Shown here: piece after piece, positions 8,346 to 16,613 of the stretch
Layout: each line of letters opens with the position of its first letter
How positions within the stretch are numbered: position 1 is the first letter of the stretch
Source of the DNA: a virus
Taxonomy: Duplodnaviria > Caudoviricetes
Reading direction: 5' to 3' (one strand)
Length of the DNA stretch: 40,451 nucleotides
IMG/VR virus record: IMGVR_UViG_3300038393_001428
Location: 1 to 40,451 of that record
Translations under genes and position numbers: made by a program
The notes under the pieces: generated by a model
Databases searched by the model: none
What the model was told of the DNA's origin: nothing
What the model saw: only the letters and a program-made list of their open reading frames with translations

Positions 8346-8390
8346 CGTATATACCGCTTGACCCCGTCATGACCAGACGTATATATACGT
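8346..8390 (+). promoter_or_regulatory. PR promoter and OR operators
   Basis: TTGACC (8358) with a TATATA -10; perfect 14-bp palindrome ACGTATATATACGT (8377-8390); second site CGTATATACC at 8346. Confidence 0.85.
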
Positions 8391-8394
8391 ATTT

Positions 8395-8574
8395 ATGACT
8401 GGCACGGACTTCCGGACAATCCGAAAAGCAATGGGTCTCCGGCAACAGGAGCTGGCTACGCTCATGGGCGTAACTCAGGCTACGGTTTCGCGCTGGGAGA
8501 CGAACGACCTCAGCATCGACACGCGGACTGAGACGACCATCAAAGCATTGCATCTAATGAAGTCGGCCGCATGA
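8395..8574 (+). CDS. cro: Cro-like HTH repressor (59 aa, not in ORF track)
   Basis: MTGTDFRTIRKAMGLRQQELATLMGVTQATVSRWETNDLSIDTRTETTIKALHLMKSAA; divergent from cI; probably leaderless. Confidence 0.9.
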   Translation: MTGTDFRTIRKAMGLRQQELATLMGVTQATVSRWETNDLSIDTRTETTIKALHLMKSAA

Positions 8575-9071
8575 GCGTCGTCTATTTCATTCAGGCCGGT
8601 GCTGGCGGCTGCATCAAAATCGGGATTGCCAGCAATCTTCAGAGCCGCATTTCCTGCCTGCAAATAGGCTGTCCGGACATGCTGGTGCTGCTGGCATCCG
8701 TGCCTGGCGGCGCGAAAGAAGAATCCTTCCTGCATGAGCATCTGCGCCGTCACAGGGTTCGTGGAGAATGGTTCAAGCCCGCACCCGAAGTCCTAGATGC
8801 AGTTGAATCTGCGAAACAGGGACGATTTCCTGAGCCGCGATCCTACGCTCCATCTCCGCTCGGAGAGTTTTCGCATCTGCGAAATATCGTCGGATGGATA
8901 CGGGCAAGAGTTGCGATGCGGGGTTGGTCCCCGGTGCGCTTGGCAGTCGAGGCGGGGCTTGATCGCAATACGCTTCTTGGTTGTGAAAGCGACGATTGGA
9001 ATCCGACCTATTCGACGTTGCTCGCCTGTGAGCTGACGCTTCTCGGAATAAGCAAGCGAGACGCGGCATGA
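8571..9071 (+). CDS. GIY-YIG (T5orf172/MUG113-like) domain fused to a C-terminal HTH
   Basis: VYFIQ...IKIG...SRISCLQ.G.P...E..LH..L...RVRGEWF; C-terminal PVRLAVEAGLDRNTL...WNPT. Confidence 0.8.
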   Translation: MSVVYFIQAGAGGCIKIGIASNLQSRISCLQIGCPDMLVLLASVPGGAKEESFLHEHLRRHRVRGEWFKPAPEVLDAVESAKQGRFPEPRSYAPSPLGEFSHLRNIVGWIRARVAMRGWSPVRLAVEAGLDRNTLLGCESDDWNPTYSTLLACELTLLGISKRDAA

Positions 9072-9162
9072 CCGCATGGCCCCGCGTTGCAGCCATGCAG
9101 TTGGCGACCAGAGGTAATTTGCCCCTCGCCTCTGGCCGCCTCACTCCACCCGGAGGCCGCTG

Positions 9163-9441
9163 ATGAGCGGCGGGGGGATTGTCACCGCTATCGACACAAC
9201 GCTCGCTGAGCGGGGCAATCGCTATGGTTCGTTCGTCGGCCACGCGAAGATAACGCAATCCATCAAACGCGCAATGATCGACAGTCCGAATTGGGCTGAC
9301 CTCGCCGACGACAGACGGGAAGCTTTGGAGATGATCGCGCACAAGGTTGGGCGCATCCTCAACGGCGACCCCGACTACCACGACAGCTGGCACGACATCG
9401 TCGGCTACACAAAGCTCGTTGCCGACAGGCTTGAGAGATAA
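9163..9441 (+). CDS. DUF6378-like phage protein
   Basis: LAERGNRYG...ALEMIAHKVGRILNGDPDYHDSWHDIVGY signature. Confidence 0.7.
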   Translation: MSGGGIVTAIDTTLAERGNRYGSFVGHAKITQSIKRAMIDSPNWADLADDRREALEMIAHKVGRILNGDPDYHDSWHDIVGYTKLVADRLER

Positions 9442-9444
9442 GCC

Positions 9445-9723
9445 GTGAGCGCTCTCTACACCGCTCTCGCAATCCTCGGCATCATCGCCGCTGGCCTCAC
9501 CCTCTTGGGTATCTGGCTCCTGTTCGAGCACGTTCTCGATTTCGCCGCGAAGACGCATGAGGATTTCGACCGCGATTTCGCCCACGGCGACTGCCCGCAC
9601 CTTCCGCGCGAGCTGAGGACGAGCCAGCGAAAAGGTGCTCACCGAGCTAGCGCCGGCCCGTCCGGTACATATTCTACTCATTTTTCTCTATCCGGCCCTC
9701 TTAGTGGGGCGGGCGGCTTTTAG
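9445..9723 (+). CDS. Membrane-anchored hypothetical protein
   Basis: N-terminal hydrophobic helix. Confidence 0.55.
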   Translation: MSALYTALAILGIIAAGLTLLGIWLLFEHVLDFAAKTHEDFDRDFAHGDCPHLPRELRTSQRKGAHRASAGPSGTYSTHFSLSGPLSGAGGF

Positions 9724-10095
9724 ATGGCTTCCGCACCAGACTCTACGGGAATTTCGAGGGTCTATTCCCGCACCAACGCGAACGACTGGCTGTCAGGCCC
9801 TAACGGTCCGCTGTCTCGCGAGATGCGGGTCAAAGGCCTCACCAACGAGATGCTGGAAAAGCTCTCCGGAGTGCCAGAGCGGCGCATCGAAATGTACCGC
9901 AGTCAGACTGAGGAAGCGCCGGTTTATCTTGAGGACATTTGGGCAATAGCCACCGTCCTTGGTCCTCGTTTCCTCACCGGCCTTCTCTCCAAAATCGGAA
10001 TGTACGCCGCCGAGTTCAACGGATCCAGCCCTGAGAAGATCGCGGGCGAAATCATCCAGCTAGCGGCCAAACTTACAGGAGGAGATGGAAAATGA
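9724..10095 (+). CDS. HTH protein, CII-like position
   Basis: LTNEMLEKLSGVPERRIEMY HTH-like segment. Confidence 0.55.
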   Translation: MASAPDSTGISRVYSRTNANDWLSGPNGPLSREMRVKGLTNEMLEKLSGVPERRIEMYRSQTEEAPVYLEDIWAIATVLGPRFLTGLLSKIGMYAAEFNGSSPEKIAGEIIQLAAKLTGGDGK

Positions 10096-10292
10096 TCTAT
10101 ACGCCATACCACCTATCGCAGTCCATTCGCGTGGGCCGCGACTATGACGCCCAATATGGAGTCCGCGTTGGGGGATCCGGTGGCCGGATCATAGGCTCTG
10201 AGCTCCTGCTTAATCGCGATCAGGCTGTGTTGCTCTGCTCGCTCCTAGAACAAGCACATGACGCTGGGCGCGAGGAGCGCATTGCGGCATGA
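10092..10292 (+). CDS. Hypothetical protein
   Basis: AGGAG SD and ATGA coupling. Confidence 0.6.
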   Translation: MIYTPYHLSQSIRVGRDYDAQYGVRVGGSGGRIIGSELLLNRDQAVLLCSLLEQAHDAGREERIAA

Positions 10293-10660
10293 TCGACAAG
10301 CGCCTGCAATCGTTAATCGAAGCGCCTCTCGCCGACCCTGTAAAGCTGGCGATTCACGGTGAGCCGCGAAAGATTAAGCGTGGCCCGCGCGTTCGTGAGA
10401 ACGATAATATAGGTGCTCCAAAACTGAGCCGCGATCAGCTCGCAGAGCGGAAGTCGAAACAGTTCAGCGCGAAGCTCAACTCGCTGTTCGACTACTACGC
10501 GACGACCAACCTTCCGGCCGAGAAGGTTGCTGAGCATGTGGGCCTATACCGACAGGTTCAGACTGGCATGGACGACAAGGGAAAGCCCGTGTTCACGCGC
10601 GCTCCTGACATCAAAACAGTCGAAGCGCAGTTGGCGTGGCGCCGGAGGGCCGCAGCATGA
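10289..10660 (+). CDS. Hypothetical protein
   Basis: GAGGAG SD and ATGA coupling. Confidence 0.65.
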   Translation: MIDKRLQSLIEAPLADPVKLAIHGEPRKIKRGPRVRENDNIGAPKLSRDQLAERKSKQFSAKLNSLFDYYATTNLPAEKVAEHVGLYRQVQTGMDDKGKPVFTRAPDIKTVEAQLAWRRRAAA

Positions 10661-10833
10661 GCCTCAGATCGTGGCTGTTTTTACGTCGCCACCACCACTC
10701 CTGTAACCGCACAATAGCAAGCGCTCGTGAGCTTGCCCGTATCGGTCATGAAAAACGCCACGCAAAGAAGCTCGCCCTAGCCAGAAGGATCCGTGAGGAA
10801 CTCGGGCTTGAGCCTGATGGGCGGCTGGTGTGA
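10657..10833 (+). CDS. Small basic hypothetical protein (MSLRSW...)
   Basis: GGAGG SD; coupled at both ends. Confidence 0.55.
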   Translation: MSLRSWLFLRRHHHSCNRTIASARELARIGHEKRHAKKLALARRIREELGLEPDGRLV

Positions 10834-11183
10834 GCGCGCTTCTCGAGCTGCCTTGGCCTCCAGCATCTCTCAGCGGTCACAGCGACAAGCACTATTGGAG
10901 GATGCGCCCTATCATCGCCAAGCACCGCGAATGGGCGCTGAAGGCCGCTCTAGCGATACGTAACAACGTTAGCGTCACCTTGGGCGATAACAGCGACATT
11001 CGCGTGTCGGCGACATTCTATCCGCCCAATCGACGCAGCGACCGCGTATCGTACCCAAATCGGCTGAAACCGTATTGGGACGGTATCGCGGACGCGCTCT
11101 GCGTAAATGATCGCCGCTTTCTACCGACATATCACTTTGCCGAGCCGGTCTCAAACCCGCGCGTCGTCGTGGTCATCGGCTAA
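10830..11183 (+). CDS. RusA-like Holliday junction resolvase
   Basis: ELPWPP...FYPPNRRSD...K.YWDGIADAL.VNDRRF...PRVVVVI. The acidic DxDN motif is atypical (DRVS). Confidence 0.7.
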   Translation: MSALLELPWPPASLSGHSDKHYWRMRPIIAKHREWALKAALAIRNNVSVTLGDNSDIRVSATFYPPNRRSDRVSYPNRLKPYWDGIADALCVNDRRFLPTYHFAEPVSNPRVVVVIG

Positions 11184-11359
11184 TGCCCCCATCCCGCCAA
11201 CAGCTCTATGAGCACGCCTGCCGTCTCGAGCAATTCGCCGAGCTGCTGAGCCTGAACCTCGGCACACGCGAAGCCGCGGAACGCATGGGCATCACTCCCA
11301 AGCGCGCAGACAAATACCTCGCGCGCATCCGCAGGGATCTGGGGAGCCAGGCGCGATGA
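11183..11359 (+). CDS. Small HTH protein (58 aa, not in ORF track)
   Basis: GTREAAERMGITPKRADKYLARIR; coupled at both ends. Confidence 0.7.
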   Translation: MPPSRQQLYEHACRLEQFAELLSLNLGTREAAERMGITPKRADKYLARIRRDLGSQAR

Positions 11360-11736
11360 ACATAGTTCCCATCAAACAGGAAGCCGTGCCTCTCCAGCGC
11401 TGGGCTCAGCCGCCGTGCTGTCCGCTATGCGGATCTCCTCAAAACCCTCGCCTGATGGTCGCGCATATCCAGGCATTGGTAGCAGCCTATTTCGGGCTTC
11501 TCCCACGCGACATGACGACGCAGGAAAGACGCTTCGAGGTATCGCATCCCCGCCAGGTTGCGATGTACCTTTCACACGAGCTTACCTCGCAATCGCTCAT
11601 CGAAATAGGAACGCGGTTCGGAGGCCGGGACCATTCCACCGTGCTTCACGCGGTCAAGGCCGTGCAACGAAGGATGCTGGCAGATCCCGAGCTCGAGGCT
11701 GACGTTGCAGCTCTGCGCGCGAGACTGGTGGGATGA
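11356..11736 (+). CDS. Stand-alone DnaA domain IV (C-terminal HTH) protein
   Basis: RQVAMYL..ELT..SL.EIG..FGGRDHSTVLHAV signature; N-terminal CCPLC. Confidence 0.88.
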   Translation: MNIVPIKQEAVPLQRWAQPPCCPLCGSPQNPRLMVAHIQALVAAYFGLLPRDMTTQERRFEVSHPRQVAMYLSHELTSQSLIEIGTRFGGRDHSTVLHAVKAVQRRMLADPELEADVAALRARLVG

Positions 11737-12557
11737 GTGTACGCGCCATGTCAGCCGTGTGGGATCTAGACCTCCCCGATAGCGACAAAATAGTGCTTCT
11801 CGCGCTGGCGGATTGCGCCAACGATGAAGGCCATTGCTGGCCGTCTGTGGCCTCGCTTGTTCGCAAATGCAGCAAGAGCGAACGCACCATTCAGGGCTGC
11901 ATCAAACGTCTTGTTGACGAAGGGCTGCTGATCCGTCGCGAGGTTTTGGGAAAGGGTTGTAATTACACGGTTTTGCCGAAGCGTACCGCAGCGCCTGCGC
12001 CCCGCAAAGATAGCACCGGCGCAGATCCTGCACGGGCGCAGGGAACGACGGATACCCCCGCAGCGGCTGCGGACAAACCATCAAGAACCATCACTTCAGA
12101 AGCTAAAGCTCCTGAATTGCGCGTGATCGATGCTTGGAATGAATTGCCGAAAGTTCACAAGGCCAAGGTTCTCGACAATTCACGTAAGCAAATGCTTCGT
12201 CTTCGGATCAAGGCTCACGGCCTGGAGACCATGCTGGAGGCGGTCAGGCTGGTCGGCCGATCGCCGTTCCTCCGCGGCGAGGTGGGCGATGGCCGCATGG
12301 CCGACATCAACATCATTCTCCAGCCGAAGACCTTGGCTCGGGTTCTGGAAGGATTCTACGGCATGGACGAAGTGAAGGCCGAGCTAGGGCCAGCTGAGCG
12401 CATGTCCCAGCTTCGGCGGGTTATCCCGATCTATGAGCGCGACGGACACACTGAGTGGGCCGCCCAAGCGCGTCGGATGCTAGAAAAGCTAGAGGCTGAA
12501 AACCCCGATGCTGGTCGCGCCGCCGCTATGATTGCAAACATCGCGAGGGTGGCATGA
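11733..12557 (+). CDS. Replication initiator (lambda O-like, HTH)
   Basis: KIVLLALADCANDEG.CWPSVA.L...C..SERTIQ..IK.L N-terminal HTH; internal iterons. Confidence 0.85.
   Translation: MSVRAMSAVWDLDLPDSDKIVLLALADCANDEGHCWPSVASLVRKCSKSERTIQGCIKRLVDEGLLIRREVLGKGCNYTVLPKRTAAPAPRKDSTGADPARAQGTTDTPAAAADKPSRTITSEAKAPELRVIDAWNELPKVHKAKVLDNSRKQMLRLRIKAHGLETMLEAVRLVGRSPFLRGEVGDGRMADINIILQPKTLARVLEGFYGMDEVKAELGPAERMSQLRRVIPIYERDGHTEWAAQARRMLEKLEAENPDAGRAAAMIANIARVA
11987..12071. repeat. Putative replication origin iterons
   Basis: CGCA-N5-TGCR-type units starting at 11987, 12003, 12020, 12037 and 12059 (16-22 bp spacing; 12003 and 12037 are degenerate) within the initiator gene. Confidence 0.6.
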
Positions 12558-12929
12558 TGGCGCGCAAAAAATTTGTTTTCCGGGTGCGCCCCACGGCTTT
12601 TGGTGAACCAGGAGCGAAGCGGTCACAGGACAACAAGCCCTCTCGTGTAATGAGAGAGCCTGTCCGGACCACTTCAGTCGACCACGGCTTTTGGAGCCAC
12701 CTGTCGCTTCGCAGTCGCTCGGGGATGGGATTATCCCAAGCTTGGCCGTTGCTTTCGAGGCTTTTTCCCGCCCCGCTCATCCCCGCTCGGCCTTTCGGAC
12801 TCGGGTGGTGCTTTGATGAGGCCCCGCTGGTAACACCAAGCTACTTTCGCAGCATCTCACGCCAGCGGTATCAAGCCCAGCCACGAGACGGTCGAACTCG
12901 TAGCAGAAAATGCGGTGGTGAGCAATCGC

Positions 12930-13000
12930 CCGGATCGAAGCCGAATGGCCTAAACAACAAAGATTGGTTCGGTGCGAAGCACGAGAGCCGGATAAGCGCC
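12930..13000 (+). repeat. Multi-hairpin dispersed element, copy 5
   Basis: CCGG-ATCGAAGCCGAATGGCCTAAACAACAAAGATTGGTTCG-GTGC-GAA-GCAC-GAGAG-CCGG. Confidence 0.8.
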
Positions 13001-13068
13001 AAAACACCAACGATTTCAACCATCTCACCCACCGGAGGAAGGTAATGGCGTTGAGGGGGAGGGAGTAA

Positions 13069-13560
13069 ATGTTCATGGGTATCTTCCACGGAGCGGCGAC
13101 GCTCGAAGCAAGGCGCGCAGCGGGACTCCCAACCTCGCTACCATGCCCGAAAGACTTTGACACGGTGTTCGTCCTGATCGGACGGCAAGCGTGCGAAGAA
13201 TGGTATCGCGTAGGCCGGGCAACAGTCACCCGCTGGCTCGATGACCGCGGCAAGGAACTGCTCATCTCGGCGAGGTCGGATCATGTCCGCTCCCAGGCCC
13301 GAACAAGGCTGCGCGCATGTCCGCCTGATTTCGCCGCGGCATTTCCATATCTCGGGCTCAAGGGCTGTCGTCGACGCTACCGAGCTGACTGGCGGCAAAT
13401 CTACCGCTGGCTCGAGGAATGTGGACGCGAGAAGCTGATTGAGGCTCGCCGCAGACAAACAGGCGATCGCGAGGTCGGAAGACATGTGAGGTTGATGGGT
13501 AACGTCATCGGCTATCAGGTCTCAAACCTAAAGACCGCTCCCTCAGTTGGTGGACAATAA
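13069..13560 (+). CDS. Protein with a duplicated ~50-aa helical domain; candidate late regulator
   Basis: Two copies of CPxDF..F..G..C..YR...RWL..G.E.LI.AR; strong SD; last early gene before terS. Confidence 0.65.
   Translation: MFMGIFHGAATLEARRAAGLPTSLPCPKDFDTVFVLIGRQACEEWYRVGRATVTRWLDDRGKELLISARSDHVRSQARTRLRACPPDFAAAFPYLGLKGCRRRYRADWRQIYRWLEECGREKLIEARRRQTGDREVGRHVRLMGNVIGYQVSNLKTAPSVGGQ
13523..13558 (+). promoter_or_regulatory. Late promoter motif copy 1 (terS)
   Basis: CAAACCTA-aagac-CGCTCCC-N10-GACAAT. Confidence 0.75.
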
Positions 13561-13567
13561 GAGCGCT

Positions 13568-13870
13568 ATGCCTGAACCGCAAAAAACGGTCGATAAGCGG
13601 ATTACTCCGCAGTTTCTGGCGCAGGCCGGTAAAGGCCGACCGAAAGGCGTCAAGAACAAGACGACGCTCGCCATGAAGGAAGCGATTTCCTGCGTCTACA
13701 ACGACCTTCAGGAAGATACCGGAGAGGAGCACGGTCACTTCAAGGCATGGGCGAAAGAAAATCAAACCGAGTTCTACAAGATCGCTGCCAAGCTCATCCC
13801 GATCGATGTCAACGCCAACGTCGACGGCGGTCTTGAGATAGTGTTCGGCCGTGCGCCAAGTCAGGATTGA
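13568..13870 (+). CDS. terS: Terminase small subunit
   Basis: GKGRPKGVKNKTT motif; overlaps terL. Start chosen from promoter spacing. Confidence 0.8.
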   Translation: MPEPQKTVDKRITPQFLAQAGKGRPKGVKNKTTLAMKEAISCVYNDLQEDTGEEHGHFKAWAKENQTEFYKIAAKLIPIDVNANVDGGLEIVFGRAPSQD

Positions 13871-15104
13871 GCTTACCGCGCCGCAGGACGACTTCGTTCA
13901 TGCCACCGAACAGTTCCCGGCGATGGTCGCTGGATATGGCTCGGGCAAGTCTCACGCTGCGATCTGGCGCACGCTGAGATTGAAGCTCGGCTATCCGGGG
14001 CAGAATGTCGGATACTATCTGCCGACCTACGATCTCGTTGCGAGAATGCTGTATCCCAGGTTTGCCGAAACGCTGGACCTGCTGAAGATCAGGCATCGCA
14101 TCAACAAGAACGACAACGTGATCGAGATTATCGGATCAGGTCTCGTCATCGCCCGCACGATGGACAACCCTGAAAAGATCGTCGCTTATGAGGTAGCTGA
14201 TTCAATCGCCGACGAGCTCGACACGCTCAAGACCGACAAGGCCCGCGATGTATGGAACAGGATCATCGCCCGCAATCGTCAGAAGAAGCCAGACGGCTCG
14301 CTCAACAGCGTCGGCGTGGCCACTACCCCTGAAGGCTTCCGGTTCGTTTACGAGCGATGGAAGAAGAACCCTGGTGCGGGGTACAGGCTCATCAAGGCGT
14401 CGACCTATTCGAACGCATCCAATCTCCCGCCCGGCTATATCGACAGTCTCAAGGCGAGCTATCCATCTAACTTGCTGGCAGCCTATCTCGACGGCGAGTT
14501 CGTCAACCTCACCAGCGGCTCAGTGTATCCTGAGTTCGACCGCGTGCACAACGCATCGTCAGAGACCATCCGCACCAGCGAACCGCTTCACATCGGAATG
14601 GACTTCAATGTCGGAAAGATGGTGGGCGTCGTGAATGTGCTTAGAGAGGGCGATCCTCACGCTGTCGACGAACTGACCGGCATTCTCGACACGCCGGCCA
14701 TGATCGCGAGCATCAAGTCTCGCTATGAGGGCCATGCGATCTTCGTCTATCCCGATGCCAGCGGTGGAAACCGCAAGAGCCAGAACGCCAGCGAAAGCGA
14801 CCTGGCACTGTTGAGAGCCGCTCGGTTCACTGTGCTCAACAATCCATCCAATCCGGCTGTCAAAGACCGCGTTCTGAGCATGAACCAGATCATCCACAGC
14901 GAAGGCAAGAGACGGTTCAAGGTGAACATCGACAATTGCCCGATGCTGGTCGAGTGCCTCGAGAAGCAGGCATACGACAAGAACGGCGAGCCCGACAAAT
15001 CGAGCGACCTCGATCACTCGCCAGATGCGCAAGGCTATTTCATCGCGTACAAGTTCCCGGTTGTGAACCGGACCATTCGCCGCGTGAGCATTGGCGGCAT
15101 CTGA
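13851..15104 (+). CDS. terL: Terminase large subunit
   Basis: Walker A AGYGSGKS, Walker B IADE, ATTPEG, nuclease IGMDFN...DH..DA.GY. Confidence 0.95.
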   Translation: MRQVRIELTAPQDDFVHATEQFPAMVAGYGSGKSHAAIWRTLRLKLGYPGQNVGYYLPTYDLVARMLYPRFAETLDLLKIRHRINKNDNVIEIIGSGLVIARTMDNPEKIVAYEVADSIADELDTLKTDKARDVWNRIIARNRQKKPDGSLNSVGVATTPEGFRFVYERWKKNPGAGYRLIKASTYSNASNLPPGYIDSLKASYPSNLLAAYLDGEFVNLTSGSVYPEFDRVHNASSETIRTSEPLHIGMDFNVGKMVGVVNVLREGDPHAVDELTGILDTPAMIASIKSRYEGHAIFVYPDASGGNRKSQNASESDLALLRAARFTVLNNPSNPAVKDRVLSMNQIIHSEGKRRFKVNIDNCPMLVECLEKQAYDKNGEPDKSSDLDHSPDAQGYFIAYKFPVVNRTIRRVSIGGI

Positions 15105-15140
15105 CAAACCTAACCCGCGCTCCCCGTTGCTGCGTAGCGT
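15105..15140 (+). promoter_or_regulatory. Late promoter motif copy 2 (portal)
   Basis: CAAACCTA-acccg-CGCTCCC-N10-TAGCGT. Confidence 0.8.
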
Positions 15141-15149
15141 TCGCAGAGC

Positions 15150-16613
15150 ATGGCCGGCACAGGTGTAAGAGCGACCCACGCGGATTACGACGCCTATTCC
15201 GCGAAGTGGAAAAGGTGCCGCGATGTCGTAGCTGGTCAAGACGCGATGCACACCGCGCGCACGGCCTATTTGCCCAAGCTCAAGGATGAAAGCGATGGCG
15301 CAGACGGCTATCTCAACGGCACATCGGACGGAGATTACGGCGCTAGACTGAAGCGCAGCGACTTCTTCAACGCGACGTGGCGCACGATCGATGCTTTGGG
15401 TGGCATGGTCTTCCGCAAGCCGATCAAGGTTGAGGTTCCTGCGGGGATCAAGGACTATCTCGACGACATCACCATGTCCGGCGTATCGATGGAGGACTTC
15501 GCCAAGGAAATCCTCGAGGATGAACTGGCGGTAGGCCGCATCGGCATCCTGGTCGATTATCCCCAGCGCCCTGATAATGTTGTTCCGCTGACCGTGGCCG
15601 CCGCACAGGCGCAGGGTTATCGCCCGACGCTTCAGCTCTACTCAGCTGAGAATATCCGCAACTGGAAGTTCACCCGCATCAACAATTCGTGGATGCTGAG
15701 CATGGTCGTGCTTGGCGAGAAGGCGCCTGTTCCCAAGGACGAGTTCACCGATGACATGGAGGACCGTTATCGCGTCCTCGATCTGGAGAATGGCTCGTAC
15801 CGGCAACGTCTGTTCAAGGTCGTCGACCAGAAAGATGTCCTGATCGACGAGTTCTACCCTCTGATGAACAACGCGCCGCTCGACTTCATCCCGTTCAAGA
15901 TCGTCGACCCCAACGGCAAGGGCGACTGCATCGATGAGCCGCCGCTGATCGATCTGGTGGACAAGAACGTTGCCCATTATCAGGTCAACTCAGACTATCG
16001 GCACGGGCTGCACTTCACCGCCTTGCCGGTCGCCTTCTTCGCTGGCTTGCAGCTCGATGAAGGCGAGAAGATCACCATTGGCTCGTCATCGGCCATTGTC
16101 GCACCAGATCCCACCGCAAAGGCGAGCTACCTCGAGTTCAGCGGCGACGGGCTGAAGACCATCGAAAGCGCACTCACCCGCCTAGAGACGCAGATGGCGC
16201 TGCTCGGTGCCCGCATGATCGCCGACGAGACCAAGAGCGCGGTAGAGACCCTTGGCGGCACGATCATCAAGCGAGCCGGTGAGAATGCCGTACTGTCAAA
16301 GATTTCGCGTTCTGTCAGCCGTGCACTTGAATGGGCATTGGGCGTATTTGCCGATTGGGCAGGCTCGCCGGGGAAAATCACTTACGAGCTTAATCGCGAC
16401 TTCATCCCGCCAGCGATGGACGGACGCCAACTGATGGCCCTAGTCACTGCGGTACAGGGCGGACGCATCAGTGACGAAGAGTTCTTCGAGCTGATGCAGC
16501 GGTCGGACGTGATCGACAGCGACAAGACCTTCGAGGAACACCAGGAACAGATTAAGGCGCAGGGGCCGACTGCTGTGCCTGCACCTGCACCGCAACAGGG
16601 GGCTGCGGCGTGA
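15150..16613 (+). CDS. Portal protein (DUF4055-type)
   Basis: YLPKL, RL.R..FFN, PPLIDL...N.AHY motifs; position after terL. Confidence 0.9.
   Translation: MAGTGVRATHADYDAYSAKWKRCRDVVAGQDAMHTARTAYLPKLKDESDGADGYLNGTSDGDYGARLKRSDFFNATWRTIDALGGMVFRKPIKVEVPAGIKDYLDDITMSGVSMEDFAKEILEDELAVGRIGILVDYPQRPDNVVPLTVAAAQAQGYRPTLQLYSAENIRNWKFTRINNSWMLSMVVLGEKAPVPKDEFTDDMEDRYRVLDLENGSYRQRLFKVVDQKDVLIDEFYPLMNNAPLDFIPFKIVDPNGKGDCIDEPPLIDLVDKNVAHYQVNSDYRHGLHFTALPVAFFAGLQLDEGEKITIGSSSAIVAPDPTAKASYLEFSGDGLKTIESALTRLETQMALLGARMIADETKSAVETLGGTIIKRAGENAVLSKISRSVSRALEWALGVFADWAGSPGKITYELNRDFIPPAMDGRQLMALVTAVQGGRISDEEFFELMQRSDVIDSDKTFEEHQEQIKAQGPTAVPAPAPQQGAAA

Noticed and set aside
8773-9681. 302-aa minus-strand ORF (and similar long antisense ORFs at 19204-20358 and 28914-29807)
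   Set aside because: Shadow frames of well-supported plus-strand genes in GC-rich DNA.
12809-12905. Hammerhead ribozyme-like TTGATGAGGCC...GGTCGAAC
   Set aside because: The core deviates from CUGANGA/GAAA and no valid NUH site or stem III could be built.
12554-13045. 163-aa CDS
   Set aside because: Arg/Ser/Pro-rich with no motif and overlaps dense secondary structure; not supported as a protein, although start overlap with the rep stop keeps it possible.
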